Assembly (NCBI GenBank): GCA_030390025.1
Contig: CM059431.1
Coordinates: 118,360,001 to 118,424,000 of the forward strand
Direction of reading: 5' to 3'
DNA length: 64,000 nucleotides
DNA from: Squalus acanthias
Lineage: Eukaryota
The notes beneath the pieces are model-generated. The model searched no databases and had not been told where the DNA came from. It worked only from the letters and a program-made list of their open reading frames with translations. Shown in pieces: positions 25,969-37,440 of this stretch. How positions within the stretch are numbered: position 1 is the first letter of the stretch; each line of letters starts with the position of its first letter. The position numbers were made by a program, and so were the translations under genes.

Positions 25969-26359
25969 GGTACACTTCCTAAGTATTCCTATTGAAATAA
26001 AGTAAATCTTGCTTTCCTTACTCTACTGTACTTCCATTCCTTAGCATCATTGGTCAGATAATATCTTGACCTCCCCAGAGACATTTCAGCTGCTTGAGAA
26101 ACTCCTAATAGCAGTTAACAGTTTAGGCTCTCGATTATTACTTCTTCCACTTCATTGGATGGTCGCTGCATGGGTATTGAAGTGCACCTACTGATATTAA
26201 TAAATTATGTGTTATACAGCTTTCTTTCAAACCCTCAAAAACCCAAAGCAACAATCACATACACTAAAACCCCCTTTTCAGTGCTTCCAGCTTCAGCAAA
26301 ACTCTCCCATTTTTTCCAGAGCTTCAACTAATAAGACCCCCACCCACCACACCATGGTC

Positions 26360-27485
26360 TGTAAGCGGTTTTGATCCGAGCCCAATTGCTAGACGGATGG
26401 TTCGAATCACCCCCGCCTTACGAAAGTTCTATACCCGGGAATTATTCAGAGTGTAAATGGAATAAGTCACGGACAGGAATGCGTCGGTGAAAAATCAAAC
26501 TTATATTTATTTGGTCTAACATACACTGGCTAAAACATGCACCACTAAACAAAATCACTGTCTCTGTGGAGAATAAGATCCAGGTTACAAACAACATACA
26601 TACAGTACACAACTGGGGACTATAACATGCAGTAATTCCCTTGTTGCTATGGTGGACTAACTCCACCCCTACCAATGAATTACCCAGTCGCATAAGCCCC
26701 TTCGCCTGGCTGAACCAAACGAAGCTTCCACCCCGGAATAGCCCCAAAAAACTTCACTTCTGAGAAAAACCCTGAGCCCTTACACCTCACCCAGCTCGCC
26801 TGGGATATCTGGTTACCGGCTTGGGACACGCGAGACCATGCTTACCACCACACACAGTCGGTCTCGATCGCTCCGCTCAGCTGTGGGAAGTCACTGCCTG
26901 GAGGCCGTTCTCTGTGAGGGGTATGCGGTTCTCAGTCTCAGCGGCTTCTTCCTCTGGTACTTCTTGTTAGGTCGATCTTGGTGGAGCGAGAGCGAGAGAG
27001 AGAGAGAGAGAGAGAGAGAATGGTGGAAAAGGATTATAGGAATTCTTGCTACCCCAATCTTTCCCGCCAATCTTGAAGATCCTTTTGTTTCTAAGCACTC
27101 CGGTGCTTAGTCAGTGATGGGCCATTATCAGACCCATGAGTATTCCATGATTGGATTAATGGCCCTAAGTCTGGGACATATCTCAGTCTTTGTGTTGGGA
27201 AAAACTGGCTCCTCTTCGGCTGGCTAGGCTAGTGGGTTCATTGTTCAGCTTCTCTTCTGAGATGGAGGTGAGAACTGCTTTTGCATATTAGAGTGGCTTT
27301 CTAATAGGTTCAAGTTAACGGGTGCCTCAGAGTCCTCAGCCCCTTCGTCAATGCCCCCGCCCCTTCCTTTTTCCAGGACTGTCGTGCGAACCCATACATT
27401 CTGGATGACTGACAGTTCTTTTGTCACAGCCAACTGCCATGCGTTCTCTGGAGTTTTAACAAACCAGTTTTTCACGTATCACACA
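26360..27485 (-). mobile_element. Solo LTR
   Basis: TGT...ACA termini; 4-bp TSD GGTC (26356-26359, 27486-27489); polyA signal on minus (tttatt ~26506); paralog at 36171-37440. Confidence 0.75.
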
Positions 27486-28982
27486 GGTCGATCCCATCAC
27501 AGGGAAAATACCCTCAGAAAAATCCCATAAAATCTACAAAATATTCTCGACTGAGTCCATTCTTTAAACAGAGACTTTGCGATCTCTTCAGGTCTCACAC
27601 CCCTTAACCCCTGCTCCCAGTACTCCTACACCCAACCTCCACATCCCAGCACCACCCTTCCAGCAGTGCAACGACTCAATCATTATCCCACCACTTCTAC
27701 TCCCAGACCTTTGAACTCCCTTTCACTATTCCCACCCTCTCCTGCTGCTGTCCCAGTGCTCCCACCCCCCAAGAAGACCTTGTCATCTTTGATCCCCTTC
27801 AGTGTGCTCCCATTACCAAGGACTCCTCTAATTGGTTTGACACCTTAAGACACCCATCCCACTCCTACCAGAGGCTTGTAGTGTCTTCCTATATAACCTT
27901 CCACTCCACTACTACATCACAACTATACATCACTCCAGCATCAAATATCCCCTCCCTTGCAGATACCAGTACCCAGATTCCCAGAGGTCCCATATTCCAA
28001 GACAATCATCCCAACATTAAAATAACACAAACTCCCACTCTCTAGTATTACATCCCTCTGATGCTGCCAGACACCACTACCTCCCATCTGTGCTCAAACA
28101 CCCAAGAACCTCCCAATACTACACAATGATATGGTTCTCTCCAATGCCCAGTACAGCTATGATTAAACCCTGTAACCTACTCTCTGCAGAACTGCATCCT
28201 AGAATATCTCATTATCATCCGCCTCTGTATTCTGGACTTTAAATAAAAGTACATGAAAACGATTGACTTACAAATTGTCTAAGGTGAAAAGAAATTCAGA
28301 AGCCTATGCCAGGAAAATGTCTCTGCAGCTTTCCCATAGAACAGCTGAAGATTGCTCTAAAGATCGCTGGAAATGGCTGCCTCCCAACTTGTATTGCCTG
28401 TGGACATCTGGAAATGACGCTCATTAGGCGAGCAGAGACGCCAGGGTCTTAGTTGTGTCACTTGACCCCTGTCAGCATACATGTCTGTTTCTGATAACAG
28501 CGCCATTCACCAGGATACAGATCCATCCAAATCTCAGGTTGGCTGTTAACGCAGTGGTAAGTCAGCGCGACTAACCACTGCTTGATTTTGGTTCTCCTAT
28601 CAAATGTAATCGGAGTGGTAACAACAACAAAATCACCCCCATGATAATTATTAAGTCCACTGATTTATACTTTCCAGACAAATATGTACATAATCATGCA
28701 ATTCAACCTAAAAATACCACAAGCCTACTGACAATACTGTGTAATAAAAAAAAAATGGAATTTAATCAATCACTGCAAATAGTGGCCTTGATGATATATA
28801 ATAAATTACATGGGCTATAATAGCATAGTTTATGACTCTCCATAATAAAAACATAATTTGATTTATTCAATTACCAGGAATCAGTAGTGCTATAATATAA
28901 TGTTTACCATCATTATAAAACAGCATATCCTCCAAATCACCATGGGAGATCCACTAGTACATACAATGGAAAAGTCCATAAT

Positions 28983-29852
28983 GGCCCGGATATTCCGATC
29001 GGAGGCTTCCCGTGGGCGGAAGCCCCCGACCTGCAAAAAAGAACTGCACCGACCTTAATGCTCAGGGCACACGTAAACTTCCGATGTAATCCTGAGGTCT
29101 CCTGGGCAGCGTATGACGTCATGGCGCCCAGCGTGCGCGGAGCCTAGGGTTTCGCGCGTAGGGGAGACCCGCCCTCAAAAGTTATATTTGCATAGGCCAC
29201 GCCCCCAATTTTTCTCAACTCTTCAGAAACATTGGCAACTGAAAGTAGCTGCAAAACTCAATGGTAAGTTGTTTTTTTATAGTTTTTTGAATCTTTTGTA
29301 AACTTTTAGAAACTTTTAAAGACTTTTACATGGATTTGAAGAATCTTAAATAGTTTTAAAGAGATTTGAAGCAATTTAAGAGTTTTAAAACCACTGAAAA
29401 CATTTTTTTCATTCATTTTAATTACAGGAAACTCTATTAACCGGCACCCAAATATCCAGAAATCTCTCTTAACCGGCAAAATTTTTGAGTAGGTAACCGG
29501 GGTTTTCCTTCATCTCTCGTTTAAAATTAACTTAAAAAAAAACCCCGAGGCGTTTGCCTTGTATTGGAGCAAGTAGATTGGGAGGGGATGTGCAGCCCGG
29601 GTAGGCAGCGGACACGACAGATGGTCAGCTGGCAGTTCCCGGGGAGACGGAGCTCCGAATGCAGGCGCATGTCAATGTGTACGGGGCTCTCGTACGTTGG
29701 GAGATATAACTCTCCATTATCCGGACTTTTTGATTAACCGGCACCACGCCGGTCCCGGTTAATAAAGAGTTTCCTGTAATCAGCAAAGTGAAATGGAAGG
29801 ACTGAGCACAATTCGCATCATTAAGAGAGCTCAGAATTTCAGTGACGATGAC
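28983..29852 (+). mobile_element. Left end of Harbinger H2, truncated by the duplication breakpoint
   Basis: Same TIR GGCCCGGATATTCCGATC and sequence as 38943-39465; stops inside MADF exon 1. Confidence 0.9.
29425..29776. mobile_element. Tc1/mariner-pogo (Tigger-like) MITE
   Basis: TIR CAGGAAACTCT(T)TATTAACCGG, TA flanks (29423-29424, 29777-29778); absent from the paralogous site at ~39390. Confidence 0.85.
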
Positions 29853-30441
29853 TTAAGCCACAGTCTGGTGAAAGTGTTATTTTACTGCCTTCTGAAATTG
29901 AGGAAAATCACAAGAGGGCATGTGACATAACCATTAGCCAAAATACAGGCTTTTGTTCAATTACTTGGCTCACCACAAATTGCCCAGATATTGAGCAGGT
30001 AAAGGTATATTCTGGGTCTTAGATAATGAGGGCCCTTCAATGGGAAAAAATGGCTGAAATGTTGAATTTGAGAAAAACATCTTGAATAAAACCTCAACTT
30101 AATGGTCGCCTGTCACTTTAATTCATTGCTTCACTCCCACTCTGCTCTCTGTCCTCAGCCTATTACACTGTTCCAATGAAGCTCAACATAAGCTTGAGGA
30201 ACAGCACCTCATCTTTCGATTAGGCACTTTACAGCCTTCTGGACTCCACATTGAGTTCAACAATTTCAAACTATAACCCTTGCCCCCATTTTTCATACTG
30301 TATGATTTTGCCATTCCCATTTGCAACATTTTATCTTACCTGCCTCTTACAAAAGCACAGTATGTTCCTTCAATTCCTTCCTCGCCTCGCCTCGCCTGTC
30401 TCTGCACCTGCTTAATATCGGTTACATCTCCAGCTTTTTCC

Positions 30442-30478
30442 AGTTCTGATGAAGGGTCCCAGACCTGAAACGTTAACT
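30442..30478 (+). ncRNA. Minimal hammerhead ribozyme motif (family A, duplicate of 23300)
   Basis: agtt-CTGATGA-a-gggtc(cca)gacct-GAAA-CG-TT-aact. Confidence 0.72.
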
Positions 30479-30914
30479 CTGTTTCTCTCTCTCCTGGCCT
30501 GCTGAGTATTTTCAGCGTTGTCTGTTGTTATCTCAAATTAACAGTGACCACTATCACTGGATGATACAGACCAGTGAGTGCTTCCTTGGGAGCTTTTATA
30601 ATTCCTTCATTTTAAGGCAATTAACTGCAGCACCCTTATTTGAAGGGAGTTGAAGAGTGAATGAATTGCTCCTGGAAGATTAAGGCTACTTAATGCACTA
30701 ACCATGGACTGAAGCTCATACACAACCAGAATGATTAGTGAGCATACCAATAGAAGGCTAATTTAACTACAATGGGCAGCCTTTTAGTGGCCTGGGCCTC
30801 ATTACCATTCTGCCAGCCAAGTGGGCTTGCCGGTTCTAGGTGCCATGCTGGACCTCCACAGGATCCTGGCCTTCAGAAACCACGATCACTTGCTCCTCCT
30901 CAGCTGCGCACTAT

Positions 30915-31596
30915 GGGCTGGATTTTGTCTTGGGGTCGGGTTGGGGTCGTGTAATCCGCATTTCGTGTCTCCCCCCCCCGACTCCAGATTAATGTGGATG
31001 CCTGATGCAATTTTCACTTAATTGGGCAATTGAGTTGCAGCATGTGGGAACCCATGAACTAATTAGTGGTAAAGTCGCCTCTGATGATGTCATCATTGCT
31101 GACTGCCTGCTCTCAGAGGTTGTCTGGCTACTGGTGAGAGAGGATCTGTCTGCATTGCTTCTGATGTGAGTGGACCTGGATGCAAATGAGAGAGAGAGCG
31201 AGAGAGAGAGAGAGAGAGAATGAATTTTCACCTAATACTACTACTACCACCTTCATCACATCTCCGTTGTAATAGTGGACTTACAGCTGATAGTCAGCTA
31301 CCCATTTGTGCTCCCGCCAGGTTTCACTGGAGTGTTTCACACCAGGTGTGCTTCACATCAGAAAAGGGTTAAACTAGCTACAACGTTTCAAAATAGCATT
31401 ACAGAGCCAATTTAGGGCTTGTTAAGGGCTTTAATGGCCTCTCCCACCTCTTGGAGGCGGGACGGAGATGGGAACCCCGCAACTGATTTTGTCAAAATTG
31501 CATGGAGGCAGGATGGGGTCGGAAACCCCGACCCCGCAAATTTAACCCCCCACACGCCTCCAAACCCGACTCCATGGGTCATTCAAAATCCAGCCC
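30915..31596. mobile_element. Harbinger MITE of the H1 family
   Basis: Perfect TIR GGGCTGGATTTTG / CAAAATCCAGCCC; TSD TAT (30912-30914, 31597-31599); empty site cactatgactctcc at ~23777; shares gtgggaaccc...aaagtcgcctc.gatgatgtcatca with H1. Confidence 0.93.
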
Positions 31597-31805
31597 TATG
31601 ACTCTCCCTTCTCAACCTTGCTAAATACAACCTCTGAGGGATGGGGAGTTGAAATTGTGATGGCTCTTGACGGAGGTGTTGATAGTGATGCAGGGTGCAA
31701 TAGGTTATGGCCTCCATGAAGACCCAGGTAGTGCCTACAGGTTGTTCTTTTATTTCTGATAAAGCAAAAGAGAACAGAATGCTTCAATGATGCTTCAAAT
31801 AGCAA

Positions 31806-31923
31806 AATTGAGAGGTTGCACAACACCAGGTTATAGTCCAACAGTTTTATTTGAAATCACAAGCTTTCGGAGCTTACTACTCCTTCGTCGGGTGAAGTAA
31901 AAAGATACAGAATCGCCACCATT
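31806..31923 (-). mobile_element. 118-bp Penelope-derived micro-insertion with hammerhead motif (family B; core CUGA mutated to CCGA)
   Basis: TSD AAATAGCAA (31797-31805, 31924-31932); empty site at ~23980; hammerhead-like 31857-31895 followed by AATAAA on minus. Confidence 0.8.
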
Positions 31924-32219
31924 AAATAGCAACCATTCAGCATTTATTTCATTGCATGAGACTGTGGCCACAATGTTAATGGGGAGGCGGGGATAATGTG
32001 GGTGAGGCCGAAATCAGCCAAAGAACCCAGAAAGGCTAGGGACATGGAGGTCCTGCTGATCTCAATGGCAGGGCCTCATTAATATATTGTAGCGCTGCCT
32101 ACCGCCCAGCTGCCAGCCAAGTGGACAGCCTGGTCAAGGGTGGGACGGAACACCAGCAGCAGGTGGCCGCAGCCGAGGACCCGTGGGGACGATCCCTGGC
32201 ACTTGGACGGGAGCTCCAG

Positions 32220-32767
32220 TCGGGAGGGCTGGGGGGAGGCTGGAGATCGGGAGGACTAGGGGTAGTTTGGTGATTGGGAGGCCTGGGGGCAGGCTGGTGA
32301 TCAAGAGGGCTGGGGGCAGGCTGGTGATCGGGAGGGCTGGGGACAGGTTGGTGATTGGGAGGGCTGGGGGCGACGCTGGTGTTCGGGAGGGCTGGGGACA
32401 GGTTGGTGATCGGGAGGGCTGGGGGCAGGCTGGTGATCGGGTGGGCTGGGGGCAGGTTGGTGATCGGGAGGGCTGGGGGCAGGCTGGTGATCGGGAGGGC
32501 TGGGGGCTGGCTGGATATTGGGAGGGCTGGGGGCTGGCTGGAGATTGGGAGGGCTGGGGGCAGGCTGATGATCGGGAGGGCTGGGGGCTGGCTGAAGATT
32601 GGGAGGGCTGGGGGCAGGCTGGTGATTGGGAGGGCTGGAGGCAGGTTGGAGATCGGGAGGGCTGGGGGCTGGCTGGAGATTGGGAGGGCTGGGGGCAGCC
32701 TGGAGATTGGGAGGGCTGGGGGCAGCCTGGAGATTGGGAGGGCTGGGGGCAGGCTGGTGATTGGGAG
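32220..32767 (+). repeat. Minisatellite copy B, part 1 (diverged units)
   Basis: Same 24-bp unit with many substitutions; continues at 34818-35020 beyond the Penelope insertion. Confidence 0.9.
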
Positions 32768-32829
32768 TAACAACAGAAAACGCTGGAAAAACTCAGCAGG
32801 CGAGGCAGCATCCGTGGAGAGAGAAACAG

Positions 32830-32866
32830 AGTTAACGTTTCAGGTCGAAGACCTTTCGTCAGAACT
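32830..32866 (-). ncRNA. Minimal hammerhead ribozyme motif (family A) in the Penelope 3' end
   Basis: Minus strand: agtt-CTGACGA-a-aggtc(ttc)gacct-GAAA-CG-TT-aact. Confidence 0.78.
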
Positions 32867-33148
32867 GGAAATAGCAGGAAATGAAATAGATTTAAGGCAA
32901 GGATAAAGCTGGGAAAAGGGGGAGGGGATGAAAGAACAAAAGGAGAGATTAAGGGACATTAAGAGATATTAAGAGATATTCAAGCAAGAGGTGGTGTTAA
33001 TGTGACAGGTTAAGGCTAAAAGAAGTGTGAAATGCACTGGCAGAATGAAGGACAGCTGCCAGCTTCTAGGAGGGTAAAAAAAGGGGCGGGGGGGTGCAAA
33101 CAAAAGGGTGGATGAAAAAATAAAATATAAATGTGATAGGGGCTGAGG

Positions 33149-34817
33149 TTATGATCTAAAATTGTTGAACTCGATATTGAGTCCAGAGGGCTGTAGCGTG
33201 CCGAAACGAAAGATGAGGTGCTGTTCCTCGAGCTTACGCTGCGCTTCCGTGGAACAGTGTAATAGGACGAGGACGGTGAGGTCAGAGTGGGAGTGAAGCG
33301 GTGAATTAAAGTGACAGGCGACCGGGAGCTCAGGGTTCCCCCTTACGGACTGAACGGAGGTGTTCCGCAAAGCGGTCACCCAATCTGCGTTTGGTCTCCC
33401 CAATGTAGAGGAGACCACATCGTGAGCAGCGAATACAGCATACTAAATTGCAGGAAGTACAAGTAAATCGCTGTTTCACCTGGAAGGGGTGTTTGGGGCC
33501 CTGGACAGTGGGAAGAGGGGAGGTATAAGGGCATGTGTTGCATCTCCTGCGCTTGCACGGGAAGGTGCCGGGCGAAGGGGAAGGGGTGCTGGGGGTGGTA
33601 GAGGAGTGGACTAGGGTGTCGCGGAGGGAGCGGTCCCTGCGGAATGCTGAAAGGGGAGGTGAGGGGAAGATGCGTTTGGTGGTGGGATCACGCTGGAGGT
33701 GGCGGAAATGGCGGAGGATGATCCGTTGAATGTGGAGGCTGGTGGGGTGAAAGGTGAGGACAAGGGGAACTCTATCGTGGTTCCGAGAGGGAGGGGCAGG
33801 GGTGAGGGCAGAAGTGCGGGAGATAGAATGGACACGGTCGAGAGCCGTGTCGACCACGGTAGAGGGGAATCCTCGGTTGAGGAAAAAGGAAGACATGTCG
33901 GAAGCACTGGTATGGAAGGTGGCATCATCAGAGCAGATGCGGCGGAGACGGAGAAACTGGGAGAATGGAATAGAGTCCTTACAGGAGACGGGGTGGGAGG
34001 AAGTGTAATCCAGGTAGCTGTGGGAGTCAGTGGGCTTGTAGTGAATGTTAGTCAATAACCTATCCCCAGAGATGGAGACGGAGAAGTCGAGGAAGGGAAG
34101 GGAAGAGTCGGAGATGGACCATGTGAAGGTGAGGGAATGGTGGAAATTGGAAGCATAGTGAATGAAATTTTCTAGTTCAGGGCGAGAGCAGGAGACGGCA
34201 CCGATACATTCATCAATGTACCGGAAAAAGAGGTGAGGGAGGGGACCCAAGTAGGACTGGAACAAAGAGTGTTCCACATATCCCACGAAAAGGCAGACAT
34301 AGCTAGGACCCATGCGGGTACCCATAGCAACACCTTTAATTTGGAGGAAATGGGTGGAGTCAAAGGAGAAGTTGTTCAATGTGAGAACAAGTTCAGCCAG
34401 GCAGAGGAGGGTGGTGGTGGATGGGGACTGGTTGGGCCTCTGTTCAAGGAAGAAGCGGAGTGCCCTCAGGCCATCCTGGTGGGGAATGGAGGTGTAGAGG
34501 GATTGTACGTCCATAGTGAAGAGGAGGTGGTTGGGGCCGGGAAACTGGAAACTGTTAAAATGGCGGAGGGCGTCGGAAGAGTCGCGGATGTAGGTGGGAA
34601 GAGACTGGACAAGGGGAGAAAAAATAGAGTCGAGATAGGAAGAGATAAGTTCTGTGGGGCAAGAACAGGCTGAAACGATGGGTCTACCAGGGCAGTCCTG
34701 TTTGTGGATCTTGGGAAGGAGGTAGAAGCAGGCTGTGCGGGGTTGGGGAACTATGAGGTTGGCGGCCGTGGGGGGAAGATCTCCAGAGGAGATGAGGTCA
34801 GTGACGGTCTTGGAAAT
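33149..34817 (-). pseudogene. Penelope reverse transcriptase + GIY-YIG endonuclease (truncated)
   Basis: FYLLPKIHK..PGRPIVS, TMDVQSLYTSIP, GVAMGTRMGPSY, RYIDE (YIDD expected), YKPTD, CSRCGLLYIGETKRRLGDRFAEH; frameshift at ~33340. The track ORF 33330-35120 has an N-terminus read from the minisatellite. Confidence 0.92.
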
Positions 34818-35020
34818 GTGATTGGGAGGGCTGGGGGCAGGTTGGTGTTCGGGAGGGCTCGGGGCAGGCTGATGATCGGGAGGGCTGGGGGTGACGCTGG
34901 AGATCGGGAGGGCTGGGGGCAGGCTGGAGATCGGGAGGGCTGGGGGCAGGCTGGAGATCGGGAGGGCTGGGGGCAGGCTGGAGATCGGGAGAGATGGGGG
35001 CAGGCTGGAGATCGGGAGGG
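34818..35020 (+). repeat. Minisatellite copy B, part 2
   Basis: About 8 further 24-bp units. Confidence 0.9.
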
Positions 35021-35337
35021 CCAGTGGTAGAGAGATGGAGGCTAGAGTTTGAGGCTGGGGGAGGCCGAATGCTTTCTTGAGCGGCCTGGGGGGAGCACTC
35101 CTGCTCCGCCTGGCCCACAAGGAGTACTAAAGAAGCCACTTACCTTCGGGAGCCGACAGCTCCAGCCTCGGATCAGCTGCCAGTAATCCCTAAAAGCAGT
35201 GACCATATCATAGAGCTGCGCAATTTCCGAGCAATCTGCATACCACAAATTGAGGGTACATTTATCTTGTCTGAAGATACTTAAAAAATGATTACTTAGG
35301 AACTAACTGCCATATGCAGCTCCTAATTGTAACTTTA

Positions 35338-35780
35338 AAAGAAAGAAAGTCTTGCATTTATATAGCGCCTTTCACAACCTCAGGACATCCCAAAGTGCTT
35401 TACAGCCAATGACGTACTTTTGAAGTGTAGTCACTGTTGTAGTGTAGGAAACTGCAGCAGCCAATTTGCACACAGCAAGCTCCCACAAACAGCAACATGA
35501 TAATGACCAGATAGTTTTTTTTTAGTGATGTTGGTTGAGGCATAAATTTTGGCCAGGACACCGTGGAAACGCCCCTGCTCCTCCTATTACAACAGTGACT
35601 ACACCACAAAAAAATACTTCATTGGCTGTAAAGTGCTTTGGGATGTCCAGTGGTCATGAAAGGAGTTATATAAATGCAAGTCTTTCTTTCTTTCAAAATA
35701 CTGCGATGGGATCTTTTACATCCACCTGAGAGGGCAGACGGGGCCTCGGTGTAATGTCTCATCCAAAAGACGGCACCTCC
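35338..35780 (-). mobile_element. DeuSINE with inverted internal SINE fragment (duplicate)
   Basis: Paralog of 25525-25968. Confidence 0.8.
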
Positions 35781-36170
35781 GGTACACTTCCTAAGTATTC
35801 CTATTGAAATAAAGTAAATCTTGCTTTCCTTACTCTACTGTACTTCCATTCCTTAGCATCATTGGTCAGATAATATCTTGACCTCCCCAGAGACATTTCA
35901 GCTGCTTGAGAAACTCCTAATAGCAGTTAACAGTTTATACTCTCGATTATTACTTCTTCCACTTCATTGGATGGTCGCTGCATGGGTATTGAAGTGCACC
36001 TACTGATATTAATAAATTATGTGTTATACAGCTTTCTTTCTAACCCTCAAAAACCCAAAGCAACAATCACATACACTAAAACCCCCTTTTCAGTGCTTCC
36101 CGCTTCAGCAAAACTCTCCCATTTTTCCAGAGCTTCAACTAATAAGACCCCCACCCACCACACCATGGTC

Positions 36171-37440
36171 TGTAAGCAGTTTTGATCCTAGCCCAATTGC
36201 TAGACGGACGGTTCGAATTGCCCCCGCCTTACAAAAGTTCTATACCCGGGAATTATTATTCAGAGTGTAAATGGAATAAGTCACGGACAGGAATGCTTCG
36301 GTGAAAAATCAAACTTATATTTATTTGGTCTACCATACACTGGCTAAAACATGCACTACTAAACAAAACCACTGTCTCTGTGGAGAATAAGATCCAGGTT
36401 ACAAACAACATACATACAGTACACAACTGGGGACTGTAACATGCAGTAATTCCCTTGTTGCTTTGGTGGACTCTAACTCCACCCCGACCAACGAATTACC
36501 CAGTCGCATAAGCCTCTTCGCCTGGCTGAACCAAACGAAGCTTCCACCCCGGAATAGCCCCAAAAAACTTCACTTCTGAGAAAAACCCTGAGCCCTTACA
36601 CCTCTGAGAGGTCGCACAGCACCAGGTTATAGTCCTACAGTTTTATTTGAAATCACAAGCTTTCGGAGCTATCGATCGCCCCTTCCTCAGGTGAAGTAGC
36701 CTTACACCTCACCCAGCTCGCCTGGGATATCTGGTTACCGGCTTGGGACACTCGGGACCATGCTTACCACCACACACAGTCGGTCTCGATCGCTCCGCTC
36801 AGCTGTGGGAAGTCATTGCCTGGAGGCCGTTCCCTGTGAGAGGTATGCAGTTCTCAGTCTCAGCGCCGAATGGCCTACTCCTGCTCCTAGATTCTATGTT
36901 TCTATGTTTCCTCTGGTATTGCTTCTTGTTAGGTCGATCTTGGTGGAGCGAGAGCAAGAGAGAGAGAGAATGTTGGAAAAGGATTTATCTTTATAGGAGT
37001 CTTGCTACCCCTATCTTTCCCGCCAATCTTTAAAATCCTTTTTGTTTCAAGCACTCCAGTGCTTAGTTGGTGATGGGCCATCATCAGACCCATGAGTATT
37101 CCGTGATTGGACTAATGGCCCTAAGTCTGGGACATATCTCGGTCTTTGTGTTGGGAAAAACTGTCTCCTGTTCAGCTGGCTAGGCTAGTGGGTTCATTGT
37201 TCTGCTTCTCTTCTGAGATGGAGGTGAGAACTGCTTTTGCATATTAGAATTGCTTTCTAATAGGTTCAAGTTAACGGGTGCCTCAGGGTCCTCAGCCCCT
37301 TTGTCAATGCCCCCCCCTCTTCCTTTTTCCAGGACTGTCGTGTGAACCCATCCATTCTGGATGACTGACAGTTCATTTGTCACAGCCAACTGCCATGCGT
37401 TCTCTGGAGTTTTAACAAACCAGTTTTTCACGTATCTGCA
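36171..37440 (-). mobile_element. Solo LTR (duplicate) carrying two micro-insertions
   Basis: Paralog of 26360-27485; contains 36605-36699 and a CR1 tail fragment at ~36865-36908 (ccgaatggcctactcctgctcctagattctatgtttctatg). Confidence 0.72.
36605..36699 (-). mobile_element. 95-bp Penelope-derived micro-insertion with intact hammerhead motif (family B)
   Basis: TSD CCTTACACCTC (36594-36604, 36700-36710); empty site at ~26778; minus strand tcac-CTGAGGA-a-ggggc(gatcgata)gctcc-GAAA-GC-TT-gtga then AATAAA. Confidence 0.85.

Larger units (their letters stand above)
22715..29852 (+). repeat. Tandem segmental duplication, copy A (~7.1 kb)
   Basis: Colinear with and highly similar to 29851-39465; junction gtgacgatg|acttaagccacag at 29850/29851. 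Confidence 0.95.
32768..34817 (-). mobile_element. Penelope-like retroelement, 5'-truncated
   Basis: RT + GIY-YIG coding region and a 3' pLTR with hammerhead; putative TSD GTGATTGGGAG (32757-32767, 34818-34828); absent from copy A. Confidence 0.92.
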
